A stretch of DNA of 64,000 nt from the NCBI GenBank assembly GCA_040394885.1, contig JBEBRK010000011.1, positions 9,549 to 73,548 of the forward strand, read 5' to 3'. The stretch's first letter is position 1. Every line of letters begins with the position of its first letter. The notes under the pieces were generated by a model. That model did not search any database and had not been told where the DNA came from. It saw only the letters and a list, made by a program, of their open reading frames with translations. Both the position numbers and the translations under genes were made by a program. Of the stretch, positions 51,498 through 61,042 are shown in pieces. The DNA is from Gemmatimonas phototrophica. Lineage in GTDB: Bacteria > Gemmatimonadota > Gemmatimonadetes > Gemmatimonadales > Gemmatimonadaceae.

Positions 51498-52795
51498 TGT
51501 TCAACTCCAACAGAAAGACGAACTAACCCCGGCGTAACTCCAATCCGGCTCTTTAACTCAAGCGGCACATCAGCATGAGTCATTGTAGCGGGATGTTCTG
51601 CAAGAGATTCTGTTCCACCTAAACTCACAGCAAGCTTAATCATCTTCAGGCTGTTAAGAACTTTGAACGCTTCGGCTTCACCACCGGCTACTTCGAACGA
51701 TATCATAGCTCCCTGAGCCAGACACTGCCGTGCATACACTTCCATATCGCGCGCAGTTGCCTTTGACTTTGGCGATTCATAACCTGGATAGCAGATCGAA
51801 ATTACTGCAGGATGGGATTCAAGGAACTCAACGACTTTCTTTGTATTAAGCAGCTGCTGTTCCATTCTAAGCTTGAGAGTTTCGAGCGATCTTAACAGCA
51901 GCCACGAGGTCCATGGCCCTGCCATAGTACCAAGAAATGTCCGCATTGTCTTAACACGAGTGATCAGCTCGTTGGAGCCTAAACACGCACCCGCGATAAG
52001 ATCGCTGTGGCCGCCAAGATACTTGGTAGCAGAATACAAAACTAAATCTGCACCCAACTTCAGCGGGTGCTGCCAGATTGGACCAAGGAAGGTATTATCT
52101 ACAGCAACGATCGGCCGTTCCTTGTTGTTGCCACCCAGCTTCTTGGCGACAGATACACACATCTCAATATCGACAAGTGTATTGGTCGGATTCGCGGGAG
52201 TTTCGACGTAGATCATCTTTACGGGGCTGCGGGAGGTCCGAGCACCGCCATGAGCAGCCGCGCCTTCCGCCCCGAAGCCCTCTTCCGCTCCATCCACATA
52301 AGCAAGACCAGCCCCCTCCCGCTCGACAATAGCCATTAACTCTTCTTCAGTTGCCGACGCGGGGAACGGGATCGCCTTTATGTTAAAGGTCGGTAAAACA
52401 TGTCTTATAAAGTGATCGGTCCCACCATAAAGCTGCTCGCTGTGCAATAAAACATCACCTGGTCTCAGGAACTCCAGAAATGTTGTTGTTATAGCCGCCA
52501 TCCCACTTTCAAAAACAGCTGCCGATTCGGCTGCATCCCACAGAGTCAGACGATCCTGAAGAATTTCGAGGCCAGGATGGTTAATTCGGCTATAAATCAG
52601 CCCCATCTCCTCATCAGCGCCTTTTTCCCTTAGTCCGTACGCCACTTCAAAGAAAGCCTTTCCTTCTTCGGCAGTTCTAAAAACGTATGTGGAAGTCTGG
52701 AATACCGGGCACTTGATAGCGCCCTCGGAGAGCTCGGGACGGTACCCATAGCTCATCATGAGACTTTCCGGGTGCATATTTGGCCGGTCTGACAT
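51449..52795 (-). CDS. Cys/Met-metabolism PLP-dependent enzyme (methionine gamma-lyase / O-acylhomoserine sulfhydrylase family)
   Basis: PLP-lysine motif SATKYLGGHSDLIAG and C-terminal RLSVGVEH. It carries a Gly/Ala-rich insert, GAEEGFGAEGAAAHGGARTSRSP. Confidence 0.85.
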   Translation of the reverse strand: MSDRPNMHPESLMMSYGYRPELSEGAIKCPVFQTSTYVFRTAEEGKAFFEVAYGLREKGADEEMGLIYSRINHPGLEILQDRLTLWDAAESAAVFESGMAAITTTFLEFLRPGDVLLHSEQLYGGTDHFIRHVLPTFNIKAIPFPASATEEELMAIVEREGAGLAYVDGAEEGFGAEGAAAHGGARTSRSPVKMIYVETPANPTNTLVDIEMCVSVAKKLGGNNKERPIVAVDNTFLGPIWQHPLKLGADLVLYSATKYLGGHSDLIAGACLGSNELITRVKTMRTFLGTMAGPWTSWLLLRSLETLKLRMEQQLLNTKKVVEFLESHPAVISICYPGYESPKSKATARDMEVYARQCLAQGAMISFEVAGGEAEAFKVLNSLKMIKLAVSLGGTESLAEHPATMTHADVPLELKSRIGVTPGLVRLSVGVEHYSDIIEDLKSALGSI

Positions 52796-52901
52796 ATCTA
52801 CTGCTCTCCTGGAAATTTTCTATTGATAAAAATGCGGCTTAACCACAGAAAAATAGAAGCATATACATGCACTATGATAAAAACCGGATATAATTCGATA
52901 T

Positions 52902-53381
52902 ATGACCGAACTATATAGCCTTGATCGAATAGACTCCGCTCTAGTCGCGCTACTGCGGAATAATGCCCGGCTCTCCAATAAAGAGCTGGCCGCCCATCTC
53001 AGCATAGCGCCCTCGACCTGCTGGGAGAGAGTTAAGCGGCTTATAGACAGCGGCGTCATAAAAGGATTTCACGCAGAGGTCGAGCCAAAGGCAAAGGGGA
53101 TCCATCTACAGGCAATGATTGCGGTAAGACTGCGCCAGCACTCGAAAACAATGGTTGAATCCTTTCGCAATCACGCCATTTCCATCCCGGAGGTGATCGC
53201 CTGCTATCATGTTGCCGGATCGGAGGACTTCCTGGTTCATGTCGGAGTCCGTGATGCAGACCATCTACGCGACCTGACCATGACGAGCTTTACCACCAGA
53301 AGTGAAGTAGATCATATCCAAACGTCGTTAGTTTTTGAGTACATAAAACCCGAAAACACTAAAATCAGCAAACATTCGTAA
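52902..53381 (+). CDS. Lrp/AsnC family transcriptional regulator
   Basis: LDRIDSALVALLRNNARLSNKELAAHLSIAPSTCWERVKRL HTH followed by a RAM domain. It is divergent from the PLP enzyme gene. Confidence 0.85.
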   Translation: MTELYSLDRIDSALVALLRNNARLSNKELAAHLSIAPSTCWERVKRLIDSGVIKGFHAEVEPKAKGIHLQAMIAVRLRQHSKTMVESFRNHAISIPEVIACYHVAGSEDFLVHVGVRDADHLRDLTMTSFTTRSEVDHIQTSLVFEYIKPENTKISKHS

Positions 53382-53725
53382 TGTCGATAATTCTTCGGAC
53401 GACCCTGCTATTAATGTGCTCCAATGTTTTCATGACATTTGCCTGGTATGCACATTTAAAAGATCTTTCACACCGCCCCTGGTATATTGCAGCGTTTCTA
53501 AGCTGGGGACTGGCACTATTCGAATACCTTCTTCAGGTACCGGCAAACAGAATTGGATTTACAGTTCTATCTCTTGGACAGCTAAAAATATTACAGGAAG
53601 TAATAACACTTGCTGTATTTGTTCCATTTGCGGTTATTTACATGAAACAACCGCTTAAGCTGGACTATCTCTGGGCTGGATTGTGTATTCTTGGAGCGGT
53701 CTATTTCGTATTTAGAGGACAATAA
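53381..53725 (+). CDS. DMT-superfamily small membrane protein (DUF486-like)
   Basis: Contains the FAWYAHLK motif and four TM helices. A TAATG overlap couples it to the Lrp gene. Confidence 0.7.
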   Translation: MSIILRTTLLLMCSNVFMTFAWYAHLKDLSHRPWYIAAFLSWGLALFEYLLQVPANRIGFTVLSLGQLKILQEVITLAVFVPFAVIYMKQPLKLDYLWAGLCILGAVYFVFRGQ

Positions 53726-53819
53726 GCGGGGGGTACTTTCTTCAGTAGCGAAGAGCACCTCATTATATGAAGAACACCCCATCATACTTCTGTATTCAGG
53801 TTTTGTATTTGGAACAATG

Positions 53820-55283
53820 CTACTTTAATCCGCTATCAACACCAAGCAATACAATCAACCCATCCGACAAGGTACCACGCCAGCTAAAGAAATCATGCCC
53901 TCCAATAAACTCTTTATGAGTTACCTTGTACCCCTTTGCCTGCAGCACATCTCTCATGTGCCTGTTGGTATCGAGAATACCGCCACCATCATTGGTAAGT
54001 GATATCTCAAAAATTCCCGCATCAAGATAAAACTCGATGGGCTTTTTAGGAGATTTTACATATTCCTTTATAAGCCATTCAGATTCGGAAAACTCATTGT
54101 AGAGTTCTGGAGTGTGGATGTTTCGAGTTGGCGACCACCAAAATGAACCCGACTGACTCAAAACTTTACCAAACACGGCGGGATATTTTAATGCCGCGTA
54201 CGCCCCTGCCAATCCTCCATAACTTGCTCCACCGATCAATGTTTTGTCAGGGTCATCTGTAATTGGATAATTGTCGCGTACCCAGGGCATAAACTCTTTT
54301 GCCAGCCCTTCTGTAAAATCAGGATTACAGGTAAGCTCAGCAGCCCGCGATGCAGCAGAAGGATTTGCGATCAGAACAACTATCATGGGTGGAATGACAC
54401 GCGCTGCAATCATATTATCCATAATTGTTTTAATGCCTGCTCGATATATATAAAAGTCTTCATCAAATAAAACCAACACTGGATATTTTTTAACGTCTAC
54501 AGAATCATCACGATTCATCCTGCTATCCGATTTGGCAGACTCATACCCATGAGGCGCATAAACTGTTATACGTCTAGTGTTCTTCCAGGCTTTGCTCTTA
54601 TAATTATGAGTTGTAAGCTGCCCAACAAAAACCGAGGAATCCGTTCTTACATATGGCTGAGGCGTCGCCCCTGGAAGCTCGACTGTTGAATAGTAACTGC
54701 CTTCTTTTATCCTCGAAGAATCCATCCATCTATTTTTATTGAGAGGATCTCCTTTCGCATCAGTCAGCATCTTACGCCTAACCGCTTTTCCATCAACTAC
54801 TAAAGTATTTGGAACTATCTGATATGAAATTCGAGCGCCAGCTGGAAGTGTGACAGTTTTATACCAGATATCTGTATCTGGAACATGAACAAACTCTGTA
54901 TCCTTGGGCCCTTCATCACGAATTGGCCACCACATATGGGGATTATAGGTAGAATCACCACGCCAGACAAAAGTAACGTTGTAGAACTTCGTTGAATTGT
55001 CACTATCTATCCGTTCAACGATCGGAGAACCATCAGTCTCTAATTCCTTCCAGAAGGATGCAATAATACTATCCCTGCTTGAATAGCTTTTCTCGCTGGA
55101 AATAGATTCTATAACGTGCCTCATCTTCTCGCTCTTTATCTCAGCAAAAGATGATGAAGATGAGGATGATGATAGCGACGACCTGCTCGCCATCTGAGCA
55201 CCAGTCACGGACGGCATAATACCTACAAACAAGACTACGACACCAAGGATTACCTGGTGTCGTATTTTACATACAATTATCAT
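53820..55283 (-). CDS. Esterase family protein (enterochelin esterase / IroE-like), secreted
   Basis: GGASYGG nucleophile elbow and C-terminal GGHDF. A beta-rich N-terminal domain contains VTFVWRGD. The ATG at 55283 gives a signal-like N-terminus. Confidence 0.65.
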   Translation of the reverse strand: MIIVCKIRHQVILGVVVLFVGIMPSVTGAQMASRSSLSSSSSSSSFAEIKSEKMRHVIESISSEKSYSSRDSIIASFWKELETDGSPIVERIDSDNSTKFYNVTFVWRGDSTYNPHMWWPIRDEGPKDTEFVHVPDTDIWYKTVTLPAGARISYQIVPNTLVVDGKAVRRKMLTDAKGDPLNKNRWMDSSRIKEGSYYSTVELPGATPQPYVRTDSSVFVGQLTTHNYKSKAWKNTRRITVYAPHGYESAKSDSRMNRDDSVDVKKYPVLVLFDEDFYIYRAGIKTIMDNMIAARVIPPMIVVLIANPSAASRAAELTCNPDFTEGLAKEFMPWVRDNYPITDDPDKTLIGGASYGGLAGAYAALKYPAVFGKVLSQSGSFWWSPTRNIHTPELYNEFSESEWLIKEYVKSPKKPIEFYLDAGIFEISLTNDGGGILDTNRHMRDVLQAKGYKVTHKEFIGGHDFFSWRGTLSDGLIVLLGVDSGLK

Positions 55284-55331
55284 TATAAAAATGCCTAAAA
55301 ATCTTATGGAAGGCTGAAGATATCCAAACAA

Positions 55332-57584
55332 TTAAAATCTTGTAGTCAATGCGAAGAACACTCTGGAACCTTCTTCATTAAAACCACTGGCAACTTCGCG
55401 CTCAACTTTCTTATTAAGGATATTCAGCATCCCGGCCCGAATATTAATCATGCGATTAACACTGTAGCCCGCCGAAAGATCAAAAGTATTATAGCCGCCC
55501 TGATGAAGAACATTCTGTCCATTTGCCGGAACAGATATATACTGCTTGCCGGTAAATATGGAAGCCAGAGTAAGATTTAACGCTTCCAGTGCCTGCCAGT
55601 CTACCGACACATTTGCATTATGACGGGGACGGTATGTCAGCTGTAATGGTGTTGGCCCACTCAGATTCTTTGCATCCAGATTGGTATAATTTGCAGTAAT
55701 CTGTACATTTTCATGGGCCTCCAATCTTGCAGTAGCCTCAACTCCCTGAGTTCTAGCCTTCGCAACATTTTCATATCTAAAAATCGGACGCCCGTCTGGA
55801 AGCATCCCAACATAATTAGGATATGTTTTGGCAACTACAGTATCTCTGGTTCTGTTATTTATTTCGATCATATCTTTAAGATCATTTCTGAACCAGGTCA
55901 ATCCTACACTCCAGCGTTCCGAATCTATCCGAGCACCAAACTCCTTACTATTTCCAGTTTCCGGCTTAAGGAGCGTACTACCAACTATATAACACCCTGT
56001 CGTGGCACTTCCGCACGACACAGATCCCCAGCTTGGACTGTTTTGAAGTAGGCCAGGCGCCTTAAAGGCCCTCGCTATCCCGCCTTTAACAGTTAACATC
56101 TTAAGAGGATGATACACTACATATGCACGAGGACTATGATTTCCACCGAAGTTTTCGTGCCTATCATAACGATCCCCAATGGTGATCAAAAGATTCTCAA
56201 AAACACGAATTTCGTTTTCAACAAATAATGCATGCTGAGTTACAGAAGTAACCGGATCTGTGGTACCAGTGCTACCAGGCAGGCCCACCAGGTTTGAAGG
56301 ATCTCTGAGTCGATCCATCCTGGTTTCACCACCAACGCTGATTGTTTGTCGTGCAGAGAGCCAGGGAAGTACATATTTCCCGCCAAAATTAGTGTTCACA
56401 GCTTTATTGGGATTTTTCTGGCCGCTAACGTTTCCAACCAGATTTCTGATTCTGTCATATGAGCCTCTAACTTCTGATGTCCCATAGCTCCACGACCCTT
56501 TATGAACTAGCGATACAGCTTCACGCTTCATGGTGAAACCAGCATGATTCCTGTCACTATAATCCAGATCAAGAAGCGCATCGTTTTTTACGTTTGGTGT
56601 CCAGTTGAATGAGGCTGTTACAAATCCATTCTTCTGACCTTCATAACCTGTGAACGTTGATACTTTGTTTACAGCTCCATCACCCATACGACGATTATAG
56701 CTACCTGCAAACTTTGCATTCAGAACATTGTCAATCAATGGTCCACCGACAGCAAAATTTGTATTGTATGAATCACCAGCGTCGCGATTCGACTGCCTCA
56801 TTGTTTCGCCGGTAAAAAAGCCAGACCAGTTATGACGTGGCTTACGCGTGATAATGTTGATTACACCACCAACCGCATCCGAACCATACAACGATGACAT
56901 AGGTCCTCTAACAACTTCAATACGCTCTATATCATCAGTTGGAATCCATCCACTGTCAAAATCATTACCGCGAAACATCGCAGCCTGCGAATTTACACGC
57001 TTTCCGTCGACTAAAATCATAGTGTATCCACTTCCCAAGCCGCGAATCTGGATCTGTCTCTGATTGCTGCTTTTACTAATAGCAACACCTTCAACACTCC
57101 CGATTATGTCGACAATGTCTCGCACAGGCTTCTTTTCCAGATCCTCACGACTTACGACACTAACACTCGCGGGAGCATCACGAAGAGAAGAAATGCTACC
57201 CGAAGCTGTAACTACCTGCTGCTGAAGGGTAATGGCATTGTTGTTCATTAAAATGTCCAGCCTGTTCTGGCCACCATCTACAACATCTATAGTATCTGTG
57301 CCTGGCTTGTATCCCATACGCTGAGCAACTATTACATAACGGCCAGTGCCTAAAGTAAATGAATACTGACCATGCGTATTTGAAAGTGTGGATAGTTCTT
57401 TAAGAGGCCCACGAGCAGTGATTTTAACGCTGGCTAATACGGCGCCATCCTTGTCTCTAACGGTGCCACTCAGTATACAACAGGCCGATTGTGTTTGATT
57501 CTGCCCAGTAGCAGCAGAAGGGGCGAGTAAAAGTGTGCAAAGACCAACCATCAATCCCTTTGTGCACTGTCTTAGGATTTTCAT
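55332..57584 (-). CDS. TonB-dependent outer-membrane receptor with CarboxypepD_reg-like N-terminal domain
   Basis: Signal peptide, CarbopepD_reg-like region SGTVRDKDGAVLASVKI and plug motifs. The beta-barrel ends in a terminal Phe (TTRF). Confidence 0.9.
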   Translation of the reverse strand: MKILRQCTKGLMVGLCTLLLAPSAATGQNQTQSACCILSGTVRDKDGAVLASVKITARGPLKELSTLSNTHGQYSFTLGTGRYVIVAQRMGYKPGTDTIDVVDGGQNRLDILMNNNAITLQQQVVTASGSISSLRDAPASVSVVSREDLEKKPVRDIVDIIGSVEGVAISKSSNQRQIQIRGLGSGYTMILVDGKRVNSQAAMFRGNDFDSGWIPTDDIERIEVVRGPMSSLYGSDAVGGVINIITRKPRHNWSGFFTGETMRQSNRDAGDSYNTNFAVGGPLIDNVLNAKFAGSYNRRMGDGAVNKVSTFTGYEGQKNGFVTASFNWTPNVKNDALLDLDYSDRNHAGFTMKREAVSLVHKGSWSYGTSEVRGSYDRIRNLVGNVSGQKNPNKAVNTNFGGKYVLPWLSARQTISVGGETRMDRLRDPSNLVGLPGSTGTTDPVTSVTQHALFVENEIRVFENLLITIGDRYDRHENFGGNHSPRAYVVYHPLKMLTVKGGIARAFKAPGLLQNSPSWGSVSCGSATTGCYIVGSTLLKPETGNSKEFGARIDSERWSVGLTWFRNDLKDMIEINNRTRDTVVAKTYPNYVGMLPDGRPIFRYENVAKARTQGVEATARLEAHENVQITANYTNLDAKNLSGPTPLQLTYRPRHNANVSVDWQALEALNLTLASIFTGKQYISVPANGQNVLHQGGYNTFDLSAGYSVNRMINIRAGMLNILNKKVEREVASGFNEEGSRVFFALTTRF

Positions 57585-57684
57585 TTATAGGGTAGTTATG
57601 CCTCCCGTAACCGGCCGAATGCTTTAAAAACTCAAAGCAACCATCCCAAGCCGCCAAGCATCCAACCTATTACGGGAGGGCGAT

Positions 57685-57702
57685 TCACTAATTAATCAGT
57701 GA
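57685..57702. promoter_or_regulatory. 18-bp near-perfect palindrome in a divergent promoter region
   Basis: TCACTAATT|AATCAGTGA, with 8 of 9 positions symmetric. It lies between the TonB receptor gene and the X-Pro dipeptidyl-peptidase gene. Confidence 0.3.
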
Positions 57703-57843
57703 AAAGTCTACGCATTATATCCGAACGATTATATCGGGATTTATACTGAGAACCCCCTTTCACAGGGCATACATCCGTGTAAGTACTGATAAAGATCAAC
57801 AACCCATAGCACCGTTAAGGCGCATATCGTAACTTCCAGACAT

Positions 57844-59706
57844 ATGAATAAGAACCTTTCGTTAGCCTTCGCACTAGCTGCGGCGGCATTGCAATCGGGT
57901 GGCATGGTTTCGGCTTTATCAGCTCAGGCCAAGGCCACCCCACAGGTGGATTCAAGTGCCAGTGCTGCCAAAGCCAAGCCAGTATTTGAGAACGGCCAGG
58001 CGCAGATTGTTCCTGAATTCGCGGATCCAACACAGTGGATCCAGGAAGTTCTATGGGTTGAATCCGAATTCGACTCAGATGGAGATGGAAAAAAAGATAG
58101 AATCTTTGTGTCCGTCACCAGGCAAAAACAGACGGCTACCGAAGGTCTTAAGGTTCCTGTAATCTATGAATCCAGCCCTTATTACAGCGGTATAGCACCA
58201 AGCAAGTCCTATTTCTGGAATGTGAAGCATCCGATCGGAGCGGAACCGGCGAGTCGTTCAGCTGCCCCATCTATTTCATATACACCAGCCAAGAATTCTC
58301 TCCCAAGCGAACATGCCCGTACCTGGGTTCCCCGTGGATTCGCGGTAGTTCATTCGGAGGCGCCTGGTACTGGGCTTTCGCAGGGTTGCTCTCCTATGGG
58401 GGCACCTCATGAAGCTCTCGCTCCAAAGGCCGTAATCAACTGGCTGAACGGCAAGGCAACCGGCTACAAGACAGCCGATGGCTTTGATACTGTAACAGCA
58501 GATTGGACCACCGGTAATGTTGGCATGACCGGAACCTCCTATAACGGAACATTGGCACTTGCTGCCGCAACAACAGGCGTTGAAGGGCTTAAAGCAATTA
58601 TCCCTGTCGCACCATTAACATCATATTATCACTATTACAGGTCTTTCGGCCTCGTCCGCAGCCCTGGCGGCTATCTGGGCGAAGACATCGATGTGCTTTA
58701 TGATGCGGTTAACAGCGGAGATCCAGCCAAACGCGATCTCTGCAACAGCATAATCCGTGATGGACAGATCAAAGCCGGTATCGATCGTGTAAAGGGCGAT
58801 TACAATGACTTCTGGCAGGGCCGTGACTACCTTAATGGTGTAAAGAATATCAAGGCTGCCGTTTTAATGGCACATGCCTTTAACGACTGGAACGTGATGC
58901 CTGAACACAGCGTTCGCATCTATGATGCACTCAAGGAAACCAACGTCCCAAGACGCATCTATTTCCATCAGGGCGGACATGGTGGCCCACCACCACTCGA
59001 GCATATGAACCGCTGGTTCACACGCTATCTCTACGACGTTGAAAACTCAGTAGAAAAAGATCCAAAGTCGTGGGTTATTCGCGAAAATGTTCGCGCCAAC
59101 ACGCCAACACCGTATGCAGAATATCCAAATCCGGACGCACAGGATGTGGAATTCTTCATTGCAAAGGGTGGTAATAAAAACGGCGAACTGTCTTTAACCA
59201 AGCAAAAAGCACAGGGAACTGAAAAGTTTACGGACGATGTTTCCATCTCGGCAACGATGTTGGCACAGGCCGATTCAAGCGAAAATCGCTTAATGTACGT
59301 ATCACCTGTCCTAAAGAATGACCTCCATCTCTCGGGATGGTCAAATATCAAGTTGAGTATCGCTTCAAATGCACCGACCGCAAATCTCTCTGTGTACCTG
59401 GTAATAGTAGGAAGAGGTAGCGTCATTACCCGCGGTTGGGCGGATCCACAGAATTATAAATCACTCAGAGAAAGTGAGCCGCTAAAAAGTGGGAAGTTCT
59501 ATGATATGTCGTTCTATCTCCAGCCAGATGATCAGATCATTCCAGCTGGATCAAGAATAGCACTAATGGTTTTCTCAAGCGACAAAGACTTTACTCTGTG
59601 GCCACCAGCAGGTACGGAGCTTACACTCGACCTTGATAAGGTCTCGTTAAAGCTTCCAGTCGTTGGCGGCAAAAAAGCTGTTGAAGCTGCTTTTAAGGCA
59701 GAGTAA
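57844..59706 (+). CDS. pepX: Xaa-Pro dipeptidyl-peptidase (S15, PepX/CocE-NonD family), secreted
   Basis: Signal peptide and GTSYNG nucleophile motif. The 620-aa product has a C-terminal beta-sandwich region. Confidence 0.85.
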   Translation: MNKNLSLAFALAAAALQSGGMVSALSAQAKATPQVDSSASAAKAKPVFENGQAQIVPEFADPTQWIQEVLWVESEFDSDGDGKKDRIFVSVTRQKQTATEGLKVPVIYESSPYYSGIAPSKSYFWNVKHPIGAEPASRSAAPSISYTPAKNSLPSEHARTWVPRGFAVVHSEAPGTGLSQGCSPMGAPHEALAPKAVINWLNGKATGYKTADGFDTVTADWTTGNVGMTGTSYNGTLALAAATTGVEGLKAIIPVAPLTSYYHYYRSFGLVRSPGGYLGEDIDVLYDAVNSGDPAKRDLCNSIIRDGQIKAGIDRVKGDYNDFWQGRDYLNGVKNIKAAVLMAHAFNDWNVMPEHSVRIYDALKETNVPRRIYFHQGGHGGPPPLEHMNRWFTRYLYDVENSVEKDPKSWVIRENVRANTPTPYAEYPNPDAQDVEFFIAKGGNKNGELSLTKQKAQGTEKFTDDVSISATMLAQADSSENRLMYVSPVLKNDLHLSGWSNIKLSIASNAPTANLSVYLVIVGRGSVITRGWADPQNYKSLRESEPLKSGKFYDMSFYLQPDDQIIPAGSRIALMVFSSDKDFTLWPPAGTELTLDLDKVSLKLPVVGGKKAVEAAFKAE

Positions 59707-59734
59707 TAATCTTAATACAAGATATAAGTCTTAA

Positions 59735-61042
59735 TTAGTTCATCAAAAGGCTAGGGGTAAGAATCTCGGAAGCGATTCTCTCTCCTAGCTCTTTTGTTTT
59801 CTGAAGCTTTTCCGGCAATAGATCACGAGTACCAAAACCTTGAGATAAGACTCGCTCCACTGCACCTTCCAGCATAGCAGCCTCCTCTTCCCAGCCAAGC
59901 GAATATCTCATTAAAAGAGCGCCGCTAAGAATTGCTCCAACTGGATTTGCGAGCCCTTCCCCTGCGATATCCGGAGCGCTGCCATGAATCGGCTCATATA
60001 CACCAAAGCAATTCTGGAGCTTTATACTTCCAGGCGATCGATCATGATTAGGCACATCCGGCCATCCTGGGAATCCTGTGGAATCAGCAAAGCTAGCTGA
60101 TTTAAGATCAAAACCATCGTCGCTGGACAGGTTCGATGAATCCTGACCAGATATAGATGTAAGATCCGGTCCAATCGAAGCAGATGGTATCAGGCCTATG
60201 GATCCTGCAATAGCCGAAGCCTGATCTGTAAGAATATCTCCAAACATATTCTCCGTCACTATTACATCAAACCGTTTTGGGTCGAGCATCAAAAGCATAG
60301 CACACGAATCCACAAGCTGATGTGTTATTACAGCAGAAGGGAAATTACGTTTGATGCATTCAGTTGCCACCTCTCTCCAAAGCCGTGATGTCTCCAGTAC
60401 GTTTGCTTTATCTACAGATGTAATCTTTCCGGATCTGGACATTGCCAGACATCCTGCCAAGGTTATTACACGCCTGACCTCACTTTCAGAATATTTACAG
60501 ACATCAGTTGCTTCCATTTCAGAGTTACCTGGCGCATTATCGTCTACATAGCCACCCATCTGGCCGATGCCATTATTCTGTTTATCAGTTAAGACACGCT
60601 CTCTATACTTTTCCCCAAAGTAAATTCCTCCGGTCAACTCACGAACAAAAAGCATGTCGACCGACTCGCACAGTTCGGGACGTAACGGAGACATTTTAGA
60701 GGAGATAGGCATGCAGCGGATCGGCCGGAGGTTTGCATATAATCCAAACTCCCGACGTAACTTCAGCAGCCCTGCTTCCGGGCGGAGAGATCGGTCCACA
60801 CCATCCCATTTTGGTCCACCTACAGCCCCAAGAAGAATAGCTTCACTATCTCTGGCAGTATTTATCGTTATCTGCGGAAGAGGATCACCAAATCTATCAT
60901 AAGCATCTCCACCAATTGATGCATATTCAAACTTTAATTCACGACCAAACAATTCCGCTACTGCTGCGATACAGCGAACCGCCTCCCCAGTAACTTCTGG
61001 TCCAATTCCATCACCTTGAAGAACACAGATATTCGACGCCAT
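59735..61042 (-). CDS. leuB: 3-isopropylmalate dehydrogenase with low-complexity insertions
   Basis: Contains ICVLQGDGIGPEV, NLRP, ENMFGDILTD and YEPIHGSAPDIAG. At 435 aa it is longer than the roughly 360 aa typical of the family. Confidence 0.9.
   Translation of the reverse strand: MASNICVLQGDGIGPEVTGEAVRCIAAVAELFGRELKFEYASIGGDAYDRFGDPLPQITINTARDSEAILLGAVGGPKWDGVDRSLRPEAGLLKLRREFGLYANLRPIRCMPISSKMSPLRPELCESVDMLFVRELTGGIYFGEKYRERVLTDKQNNGIGQMGGYVDDNAPGNSEMEATDVCKYSESEVRRVITLAGCLAMSRSGKITSVDKANVLETSRLWREVATECIKRNFPSAVITHQLVDSCAMLLMLDPKRFDVIVTENMFGDILTDQASAIAGSIGLIPSASIGPDLTSISGQDSSNLSSDDGFDLKSASFADSTGFPGWPDVPNHDRSPGSIKLQNCFGVYEPIHGSAPDIAGEGLANPVGAILSGALLMRYSLGWEEEAAMLEGAVERVLSQGFGTRDLLPEKLQKTKELGERIASEILTPSLLMN

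Noticed and set aside
57585-57720. A cobalamin or other riboswitch was considered upstream of the TonB-dependent receptor.
   Set aside because: I could find no B12 box (GCCACTG-like core) or other riboswitch core on the minus strand. Only a generic long-range inverted repeat is present. It is kept as a low-interest finding.
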